From positions 1-34,369 of the forward strand of contig JAFGPE010000026.1 in the NCBI GenBank assembly GCA_016926055.1: 34,369 nucleotides of DNA. Reading direction: 5' to 3'. The notes under the pieces were generated by a model. It was not told where the DNA came from, made no database searches, and worked only from the letters and a program-made list of their open reading frames with translations. The stretch comes from Candidatus Woesearchaeota archaeon (lineage in GTDB: Archaea; Nanobdellota; Nanobdellia; Woesearchaeales; JAADFO01). A program made the translations under genes and the position numbers. Shown one piece after another: positions 18,586 to 25,302 of this stretch; position 1 is the stretch's first letter, and each line of letters opens with the position of its first letter.

Positions 18586-19487
18586 TCTCTTAAGAATTGA
18601 TATGCGGAAAAGGCCGCCTTTACCCCCTCTGCAACCCCTGTTATCGCCTGTTTGTATGCTGTTGCATTTGTGACATCGCCTGCGGCAAATATTCCCTTAA
18701 CACTTGTCCTTTGGTCTGAATCGACAACAATGTAACCATCCTTATCAGTCTTTACTCCAATCTTTTTCGCAAGCTCTGTTAAGGGCATTCTTCCAATCTC
18801 GACAAACAGTCCGTCAAGCTTTAAAGTCTTGCTTCCATTAAAAACCCTGTCAAGCACAACATCAGACAATACCTCCTTCCCTTTTATTTCAATAACATTC
18901 GCATTATTTATTATCTCTATCTTCTTGTTCTTCTTTACTCTTTCAGCAGTTACCGGCTCTGCTCTGATATTTTCCTTCCTGTAGATTATATAAACCTTCT
19001 TTGCATACTCTGTAAGAAATAATGCTTCCTTTGCGGCAGAATCAGAGCCGCCGACAACGGCAACGGTTGCATCCCTGTAGAGGGGGCCATCGCAGGTTGC
19101 GCAATATGAAACTCCCCTATTCGCAAGCTCTTCCTCGCCGGGAACATTCAGCTTTCTTATCTCCGTGCCTGTTGCAAGGATTATTGCCTTTGAGTCGTAA
19201 ACCTTGTTATTTGTTTTTACCATAAATCTATTTTCTTTCATTTCAACTTCAGAAACCTTCTCGTCCTTTATCTCTGCCCCTGCAGACTCAGCGTGCTCCC
19301 TTATTGACTTTGCAAGGTTCATTCCTGAAACACTCTTGAAGCCAGGATAATTCTCCACAAGATGTGTCTTAGTTATTGTTCCTCCTGGCAACTCCCCCAG
19401 AACCAAGGTATTTAGCATAAAGCGCTTTGCATAAATCGCTGCGCCCAATCCAGAGACTCCTGTACCGAGTATTATCAAATCATGCAT
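18582..19487 (-). CDS. trxB: thioredoxin-disulfide reductase
   Basis: 301 aa. FAD motif ILGTGVSGLGAAIYA, redox-active CATCDG, a second dinucleotide motif VVGGSDSAAKEA, and C-terminal GIFAAGDV. Confidence 0.9.
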   Translation of the reverse strand: MHDLIILGTGVSGLGAAIYAKRFMLNTLVLGELPGGTITKTHLVENYPGFKSVSGMNLAKSIREHAESAGAEIKDEKVSEVEMKENRFMVKTNNKVYDSKAIILATGTEIRKLNVPGEEELANRGVSYCATCDGPLYRDATVAVVGGSDSAAKEALFLTEYAKKVYIIYRKENIRAEPVTAERVKKNKKIEIINNANVIEIKGKEVLSDVVLDRVFNGSKTLKLDGLFVEIGRMPLTELAKKIGVKTDKDGYIVVDSDQRTSVKGIFAAGDVTNATAYKQAITGVAEGVKAAFSAYQFLRE

Positions 19488-19506
19488 GTTTATGACCCCG
19501 GGAAGT

Positions 19507-19761
19507 TTATTCCTCTATCTTGAAGACCTTGTCGTGCTCATGCGCATGGGCAGCAACCTTTAATCCGATGTCATCCCCGGGTTTCGCTTCCTCTATCTTC
19601 TCATGCTCAACCTGCATTGAGTCGACTGACTGCGTGAAGTCAGAGGTTGCTCCCTTGACGCGGATTTTGTCGCCCACCCTGAGGTTTCCTGTCAGCTGAA
19701 TCACTGCAACACCTATCTTGCTGAAGTAATGGGTTATTTTTCCAATCTCAGTCTCTCCCAT
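19507..19761 (-). CDS. small EF-Tu domain 2-like beta-barrel protein (often annotated 'translation elongation factor-like protein')
   Basis: 84 aa. IGKITHYFSKIGVAVIQLTGNLRVGDKIRVKG...VDSMQVEHEKIEEAKPGDDIGLKV matches the widespread short family of that name. GGTGA-N4-ATG SD at 19766-19770. Confidence 0.55.
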   Translation of the reverse strand: MGETEIGKITHYFSKIGVAVIQLTGNLRVGDKIRVKGATSDFTQSVDSMQVEHEKIEEAKPGDDIGLKVAAHAHEHDKVFKIEE

Positions 19762-19861
19762 AAAATCACCTGAACAGGGATAGTTGTCTTGATTTTTATA
19801 TCTTTTCTAGCCGAAAGGATAAATATGAAATTCGTACTAACTACGATTAATCTTCGAAAGA

Positions 19862-19873
19862 TTTAAAATATAA
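19862..19873 (+). promoter_or_regulatory. TATA-like element (TTTAAAATATAA) for the leaderless PEPCK-like gene
   Basis: Centred about 25 nt upstream of the ATG at 19892. No SD lies between. Confidence 0.4.
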
Positions 19874-19891
19874 TGCTGAATCCTTTCAACC

Positions 19892-21658
19892 ATGGCATTA
19901 AAAGATCTTGCTTTTTACAGGAAGACTGCTGTAGTCTGGACAGAAGGCGACCTAGTCAAAAACACAGATGAGCTCCTGGCAAGCAAACCGTTTGCCGCTG
20001 TTATGCACAAGTTTGTTGAGTTTCTCAAGCACCGCGATTCAACCCTGCTCTCATTGTTTCCGCATGGCATCTCAGAAGCAGAACAGCTGCACCTGATTAT
20101 CGAAGTACTCAAGGAATTGAACAAGGCATCCATCGAGCATGTCAGGAAAGAACACACGCACTACAGCCATATACTGTCTGACACTCAGCGTCTCCACAAG
20201 TTCATAGAGGAGCTGTATAATTTCTGGAGAAGTTTTGAAAGATATCTTGTTTGTTTCTCAGATGTTGGAATTGGCTATGACAAGAAGCCATACCGAACCT
20301 TTAATGAAACGGTCAACCAGATGAATGATCTTGTAAGGATGCTTTACAGGGATCTTTGCGAGAACATTACAAGCGACCATCCAAGAGTATACAGACAGGT
20401 TCCTGCAGGATTTGAGGTTGGAATCATCGCTGCAAAGAAAGAGTGGCCCTGTCCAGAGCCGTACAAGCAAGTGGCCAATGTTCCGATAATAAGGCAGGTC
20501 CTTTTGTTTCCTCCAATCGTAATGGACCCGCCGATGAACAAGAGAAAGGGCAAATTTACAGGGATTAATGAAAGCCCGATAAAGGGCATTGATTTTTCAG
20601 GAAGGGAATGGCTTTGTTATCCTGCGAAGGTTGGCGAGGTCATAATTTACATCTACTTCCACGAAAAATACATGGGCCTTGGATGCTCCCTAGCAAATCT
20701 CTTCGAGATGGCAAAAGAAGGCGACTTAAAAAGGCAGCCTGATGCAATCTTTGCATACGGTGTTCCTGAAAAATCACTGGACAAATATGGCCCATTGCCA
20801 ACTGTCTTTTACGATGATGAGAAGCACAACATCCTTGTCGGAGCTGTACCGAGGGATGATGAGTACGGGTATTTTGGCTACCTGAAGAAGATGGTTCTTA
20901 CATTGCATAATATCATGATGATGAAGAAGGGAAGAATGCCCCTCCATGGAGCAATGGTCAGCATTACATTAAAGAATGGCACTTCGGCAAATGTAGTAAT
21001 TATTGGTGACACCGGAGCAGGGAAATCAGAATCCATCGAGGCATTCAGGGTTCTTGGAGATAAACACATAAAGGAGATGACTATTGTTTTTGATGACATG
21101 GGTTCTCTGGAGATTGGAAGTGATGGCAAGATTCGGGCATATGGAACAGAATCTGGAGCATTTGTAAGATTGGATGACTTGTCGCCTGAGTTCGCCTGGG
21201 GCAACATTGACCGCTCCATAATAATGAGCCCGCAGAAGATTAATGCAAGGGCATTGCTTCCTGTAACAACAATTGAAACAATCCTCAAAGGCCACGAAGT
21301 TGATTATTTCCTCTATGGCAACAATTACGAGGAGGTTGACGACAGCCACCCTCTGCTACAACAGTTCCATAATGCAAAAGAAGCCATTGAGCTGTTCAGG
21401 CAGGGCACTGTGATGTCAAAGGGAACAACAGGCACAACCGGACTAGTCCATATGTATTTTGCAAATGTCTTTGGTCCATTCCAGTACAAGGAAATGCATG
21501 AAAAGATAGCAGAAAGGATGTTCAAGCACCTCTTCGACAAGAAAGTTTTTGTTGGAGAGCTCAGGACAAGGCTGGGAGTGGCCGGCTTTGAGACAAAAGG
21601 CCCACAGGAAGCGGCAGAGGCATTGTTCAAATCAATTACGGAAAGAAAGAAAAAATAG
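19892..21658 (+). CDS. divergent PEP carboxykinase (ATP)/HPr-kinase-fold P-loop protein
   Basis: 588 aa. The block YFGYLKKMVLTLHNIMMMKKGRMPLHGAMV...VVIIGDTGAGKSE...IVFDDMG...YGTESGAFVRLDDLSPE is collinear with ATP-PEPCK blocks remembered from E. coli PckA (YGGEMKK..F..MNYLLP.KG...MHCSAN, GLSGTGKTT, LIGDDEHGW, EGGCYAK...LS.E.EP). The LHG...G.(S/T)G.GKSE part also resembles the HprK P-loop. The remainder is unrecognised. Confidence 0.5.
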   Translation: MALKDLAFYRKTAVVWTEGDLVKNTDELLASKPFAAVMHKFVEFLKHRDSTLLSLFPHGISEAEQLHLIIEVLKELNKASIEHVRKEHTHYSHILSDTQRLHKFIEELYNFWRSFERYLVCFSDVGIGYDKKPYRTFNETVNQMNDLVRMLYRDLCENITSDHPRVYRQVPAGFEVGIIAAKKEWPCPEPYKQVANVPIIRQVLLFPPIVMDPPMNKRKGKFTGINESPIKGIDFSGREWLCYPAKVGEVIIYIYFHEKYMGLGCSLANLFEMAKEGDLKRQPDAIFAYGVPEKSLDKYGPLPTVFYDDEKHNILVGAVPRDDEYGYFGYLKKMVLTLHNIMMMKKGRMPLHGAMVSITLKNGTSANVVIIGDTGAGKSESIEAFRVLGDKHIKEMTIVFDDMGSLEIGSDGKIRAYGTESGAFVRLDDLSPEFAWGNIDRSIIMSPQKINARALLPVTTIETILKGHEVDYFLYGNNYEEVDDSHPLLQQFHNAKEAIELFRQGTVMSKGTTGTTGLVHMYFANVFGPFQYKEMHEKIAERMFKHLFDKKVFVGELRTRLGVAGFETKGPQEAAEALFKSITERKKK

Positions 21659-21661
21659 TTC

Positions 21662-21943
21662 TTATTTCGCTTCCAAGACTTTTATAATATGGTATCCGAA
21701 GCGAGTCTTTACAATGCCGGAGAGCTTTCCAGGCAGTGTTGAAAAAGCAGCGTTCTCGAACTCCTTCACCATTTGTCCTCTTGCAAACCATCCTAAATCC
21801 CCGCCTTTCTTTCTGCTCGGGCAAATTGAGTTCTCCAATGCGACCTTCTCAAAATCTGCGCCGTGCTGCAGGTCAAAAAGAATTACCCCTGCCTCCTGCT
21901 CTGTCTTCACCAATATGTGAGCTGCATGTACCTTTACTGGCAT
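21662..21943 (-). CDS. parvulin-type peptidyl-prolyl cis-trans isomerase
   Basis: HAAHILVKTEQEA...ENSICPSRKKGGDLGWFARGQMVKEFENAAF...GIVKTRFGYHIIKV is a single parvulin domain. The track start at 21967 is TTG. ATG at 21941-21943 has GGTGA (21948-21952) 4 nt upstream. Confidence 0.88.
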   Translation of the reverse strand: MPVKVHAAHILVKTEQEAGVILFDLQHGADFEKVALENSICPSRKKGGDLGWFARGQMVKEFENAAFSTLPGKLSGIVKTRFGYHIIKVLEAK

Positions 21944-22052
21944 AGTATCACCTTTTGTTGTTAACAATCTGAATATTTATAAATTTTACCTCGGCTCATC
22001 AACGAAATATTTGACTCAAAATAACTATTTGTAAGTAGTTAAAATAGAAAGA

Positions 22053-22060
22053 TTTATAAA
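22053..22060 (+). promoter_or_regulatory. TATA box (TTTATAAA) for the leaderless orphan gene
   Basis: 22 nt intervene before the ATG at 22083. Confidence 0.4.
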
Positions 22061-22082
22061 CCGCTGCAAGTTTCATGCGACC

Positions 22083-22910
22083 ATGGAATCGCATGATGAT
22101 TTCAAGTTTGACGGAGATTGGAGAGCTACTCCGACTACATTCTTCGATAATTATCCTGATTGGATAAAGCTCAGAGCTACTGAATTAAGATTACCTGAAT
22201 ATATCAGCGGGGGCATTCCAAGAAAAAGGCTAGGAGAGCTGTTATTTCAGTTATCTGTTGCCCTTCTCTTGAAATCCCAAAAAGAAAAAGAATTTGTAAG
22301 AATTTCAAGAGAATATAACTTAAACTCTTTAAATTCTTTCATTAATGAATTCATAGAAAAAAATTATATTAGCTTAAAAGGTCTAGAAGCACATTACACT
22401 GAAATAAACAGAGGTAGATTCGAACATTATCAGCAGGACGGGATAAAATGTATTGCTCAAGTCATTGCAGGTTGTTTAAACCCATATGGCAATAATGTTG
22501 ATTACTTAACTCTGTTCGATCTTCATAAGCGTGACGGGCAACTGAAGAAATATGAAGAAAAGGATATAAGGAATTATGATAAAATCTTATCAAGGCATTT
22601 TAATATTGAATCAAAATTTATTAAAAGTCCGTATGACTATGTAGCTTTTCTCCTTGCAGGGTATCCAATTGTCAAATTGCATGTTTTAAAAGACCATGCA
22701 TATGCGGCCACAGGATTCACAACAGGATATGAAATAAAAATAAATGTAACTAGTGAGCGCATTAACATCCAAGAGCTTAATATATTCATCAATACAACTG
22801 TAGGCTATGATGATGATTACAAGATTTCATTCAATCAAGTTCCAAAACATTTTTATTCTACGAAGCTAGTGCTAAATCCCGTTAAATTGGGAGTTTCATC
22901 GAGAAATTGA
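22083..22910 (+). CDS. hypothetical protein (orphan, AT-rich)
   Basis: 275-aa ATG ORF with a leaderless-type promoter. I recognise no motifs. The composition is visibly more AT-rich than the ATPase or surface genes (hand counts of three 60-nt lines gave 17-40% GC). Confidence 0.6.
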   Translation: MESHDDFKFDGDWRATPTTFFDNYPDWIKLRATELRLPEYISGGIPRKRLGELLFQLSVALLLKSQKEKEFVRISREYNLNSLNSFINEFIEKNYISLKGLEAHYTEINRGRFEHYQQDGIKCIAQVIAGCLNPYGNNVDYLTLFDLHKRDGQLKKYEEKDIRNYDKILSRHFNIESKFIKSPYDYVAFLLAGYPIVKLHVLKDHAYAATGFTTGYEIKINVTSERINIQELNIFINTTVGYDDDYKISFNQVPKHFYSTKLVLNPVKLGVSSRN

Positions 22911-23111
22911 ACACTGCCTAAAAGCCGCCTGAGAACAACGGCTAAAAGAAATTTCCGATAGATATAATTAAAAATACGGCTGCCGTATTCCATCAGTTTG
23001 GTTGGTTACGCTCACTAAGCAGTTCCACAATAAGCCTTTATTTAGATAGATGGACATGGATGCCACTAGTATTTAATTTTTTATCATCGGTAAGTAATAA
23101 AAGAGATTGAA

Positions 23112-23214
23112 TGCGGCTGCCGGGACTTTCAAATCCAAGGGATTTGACCTTGCAATTTTTGAACCCGGGTACCAACCTTGGGAGGGTTGTATCCTGCCGC
23201 TAGATTACAGCCGC
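23112..23214 (-). tRNA. tRNA-Gly (anticodon CCC) with a 32-nt intron in the T-loop (about position 59/60). No encoded CCA.
   Basis: Reverse complement reads GCGGCTG-TA-ATCT-AGCGGCA-GGAT-A-CAACC-CTCCCAA-GGTTG-GTAC-CCGGG-TTCAAA[AATTGCAAGGTCAAATCCCTTGGATTTGAAAG]T-CCCGG-CAGCCGC-A. It has a perfect 7-bp acceptor stem and 5-bp anticodon and T stems. Removing 23126-23157 restores a canonical TTCAAAT T-loop. Confidence 0.8.
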
Positions 23215-23304
23215 AAAATAATGGTATGAAATAATATCTCTTCTTAAAGATTGTTGTGTTTTTCTTCAGGCAAAAATACTTTGGCATTGCTGTTGAAATC
23301 TTCT

Positions 23305-23958
23305 TCAGAAATCCACTAGCTCTATCCCTTTTTTTATTATCCTGTGCTGGTTCTTCTTCTCGATGAGCAAATCATAAACGCACTCCAATGCTTTCTTTGC
23401 CTCTCCAGGACCCATTCCAATCGTCTGGAAAAAGCTCTTCAAATCTAAGGGAGCCCTCATCCGGAATGGCTCTCTTGCAAAGGAGGCAATAATCATTTTT
23501 GCCTTGAATTTCCTGCATAACCTTATGTTCTGGGCCATCCTTCCAATCAAAATCTCTTTTTTGTCTGCACAGAGTATATCAAAAAAACTAAAGCCGACTA
23601 CAATATCCTTTTGAAAGGCAAGTGATGCTGTCACGTGATTCAACCCAGAGTTCCTCTGGTGAAGGCTGTCCTTTCCGTCAATTGTCTCAAGGCCGAAAAC
23701 AACATCAATTGTCTTGTTCTCGAACACAGTTCTTACATCCTTCTCTGCTTTCACAAAGAACAGGCAATCATTTGCAACAATCTGCTTCTTGGCATTAGCA
23801 ATCACTCCAGGCATAAGCTTTATCCTTGTTCTCTTCTGAAGCTCGTCCAGCCTCCTGAACGACGGATACAGAAAAACAAGACAATCATAGCCTAGTTTCT
23901 CTGCTAAGGAAATAAACTCGCTCTCGTTTCCATTCGGCAAGACTATGTCCGCAAGCAT
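23305..23958 (-). CDS. rnp3: RNase P protein component 3 (Rpp30/Rnp3)
   Basis: 217 aa. GLNHVTASLAFQKDIVVGFSFFDIL...NIRLCRKFKAKMIIASFAREPFRMRAPLDLKSFFQTIGM is collinear with archaeal Rpp30 as I remember the Pyrococcus protein. Confidence 0.8.
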   Translation of the reverse strand: MLADIVLPNGNESEFISLAEKLGYDCLVFLYPSFRRLDELQKRTRIKLMPGVIANAKKQIVANDCLFFVKAEKDVRTVFENKTIDVVFGLETIDGKDSLHQRNSGLNHVTASLAFQKDIVVGFSFFDILCADKKEILIGRMAQNIRLCRKFKAKMIIASFAREPFRMRAPLDLKSFFQTIGMGPGEAKKALECVYDLLIEKKNQHRIIKKGIELVDF

Positions 23959-24779
23959 CTTAATTCCTCTTCTATCATCTCATCGCTAAAAGCAATCAGC
24001 GGCATCAAAACCATGTGTTTTGCGTTCATTCTATTAAAGCTTTCTAAAGTGTCCCCTGTGACTATTGCCTTTGCCTTCTTCCCTGCAGCAACCTCATCTA
24101 TTTGCTTTATGTTCTTTATCATGATTAACCTTATTCCCTGACCATATGAATACTTTTCAAGAAGGGACAAATCAAAATCTGAAAAGCCGACAGGAGTTAT
24201 AAAGCAACCCCTCTTCATCATAAGAAATGCTGCAAGAACATCCGCATCGTTTCTTATTAGGCAGACGACCCTGCCCTCCACTCCGAGCGGCAAGCCTCCT
24301 GCACCCTCAGCCCTCTCTGTAAAAATATAGGCATATTGGTTCATTATTTCAATTCCGATATCGATATCAGGATTTTCAAGTCTTACTTTCTTTCCTGTTT
24401 TCCCGACAACAAAAGCTCCAAGGATTCTGTTCAGCTCAGGAGAGCCTTCTGCTGTTGATTTTGTCAGCCTCCTGGCACTTATCCTGAAACTGTTGAAATT
24501 CCTGCTCTTTACAAGAGACAAAATGCCTTCCTCAATATCCTGGACTTTGGCAGGCGTTCTTATTGCTTGGCTAAAAGATGTTATTCCGAAGACATACTCG
24601 AGCTCTTTTACATTCTGCCGCACATTAATCAGTATCCTTCCTCTTGGCCGCTCTATGCTCTCATAACTGACGTTGTTCCTCTTCATGCAGTCAACTATGT
24701 TTTCAACAAGCTTTCTTTCAAACAATGCCCTGTTTTTTCCCTTCAACGCAAGCTCGCCATACCTTACAACCATCACCAT
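23943..24779 (-). CDS. ThiI-like THUMP-domain protein with a degenerate PP-loop (probable non-catalytic paralogue)
   Basis: N-terminus VVRYGELALKGKNRALFERKL is the ThiI signature, and a THUMP-like middle region follows. Where ThiI has LLSGGxDSPVA, this protein has LIRNDADVLAA (24237-24260), followed by the conserved FLMMKRGC. At 278 aa it is shorter than ThiI. 16-nt overlap with the Rpp30 gene. Confidence 0.75.
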   Translation of the reverse strand: MVMVVRYGELALKGKNRALFERKLVENIVDCMKRNNVSYESIERPRGRILINVRQNVKELEYVFGITSFSQAIRTPAKVQDIEEGILSLVKSRNFNSFRISARRLTKSTAEGSPELNRILGAFVVGKTGKKVRLENPDIDIGIEIMNQYAYIFTERAEGAGGLPLGVEGRVVCLIRNDADVLAAFLMMKRGCFITPVGFSDFDLSLLEKYSYGQGIRLIMIKNIKQIDEVAAGKKAKAIVTGDTLESFNRMNAKHMVLMPLIAFSDEMIEEELRCLRT

Positions 24780-24801
24780 GTGTGATTGTGCTATGATAAA
24801 C

Positions 24802-24809
24802 TATAAAAA
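24802..24809. promoter_or_regulatory. single central TATAAAAA element shared by the divergent ThiI-like and MBF1 genes
   Basis: The 52-nt intergenic region (24780-24831) divides as 22 nt + 8-nt TATA + 22 nt. Both flanking ATGs are equidistant, and neither has an SD. Confidence 0.45.
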
Positions 24810-24831
24810 TTTAACCCTTATCTTTGGAATA

Positions 24832-25302
24832 ATGCAATGTGAAATCTGCGGCAAGGATGAGCTTCTATTCAAGACAAATATAGAAGGCACCATGATGAAT
24901 GTCTGCAAGCCCTGCTCAAAATATGGTAAGGTCATATCTGCTGCAAGAGAGGAAACTGCTGTAAGGCAAAAAAAGAAAGATGAGAATAAGACAATCGCAA
25001 TAACGAGAAAGAAGGAAATCATACAGACAATAGTCGAGGATTATGGAGAAAAAGTGAAGAGGAAGAGGGAGCAGCTTGGGCTCAAGCAGGAAGAGCTTGC
25101 GAAGATGATTGCAGAAAAAGAATCCCTCCTGCACCACATCGAATCAGGAAAGTTCGAACCGAATATTGAACTTGCAAGAAAGCTTGAAAGATTTCTCAAG
25201 ATAAGCCTTGTGGAGGAATATGAAGAAGAGAATTCCCGGCTCCAACACACAAAAAGCGACGAGCTGACCATAGGCGACTTGATTAAGGTAAGAAAAAAGT
25301 AG
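24832..25302 (+). CDS. mbf1: archaeal multiprotein bridging factor 1 (zinc ribbon + HTH, MBF1 family)
   Basis: MQCEICGK...NVCKPCSKYG zinc ribbon followed by a cro/C1-type HTH (KRKREQLGLKQEELAKMIAEKESLLHHIESGKFEPNIELARKLERFL). The track ORF start at 24673 adds an implausible hydrophobic 53-aa extension that runs through the neighbouring gene's promoter. Confidence 0.88.
   Translation: MQCEICGKDELLFKTNIEGTMMNVCKPCSKYGKVISAAREETAVRQKKKDENKTIAITRKKEIIQTIVEDYGEKVKRKREQLGLKQEELAKMIAEKESLLHHIESGKFEPNIELARKLERFLKISLVEEYEEENSRLQHTKSDELTIGDLIKVRKK

Noticed and set aside
22973-22989. Hairpin aatacgg-ctg-ccgtatt sharing 9 nt (cggctgccg) with the tRNA-Gly 3' end, considered as an att-site duplicate.
   Set aside because: Only 9 identical nt, and only ~125 bp separate it from the tRNA. 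No integrase or element body lies between. It may just be a stem-loop downstream of the 22083-22910 gene. It is mentioned under the orphan-gene finding only as weak context.
22911-23111. 200-nt non-coding gap scanned on both strands for a C/D-box sRNA or another small RNA.
   Set aside because: There is only a degenerate C-box-like CGATGAT and a CTGA about 97 nt apart. That spacing is far too long for archaeal C/D sRNAs, and I saw no C'/D' boxes.
24673-24831. N-terminal 53-aa extension of the MBF1 ORF as listed in the track.
   Set aside because: The extension overlaps the ThiI-like gene start and the shared TATA box, is hydrophobic nonsense, and MBF1 homologues begin at the zinc ribbon (MQCEICG). 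ATG 24832 has the leaderless geometry.
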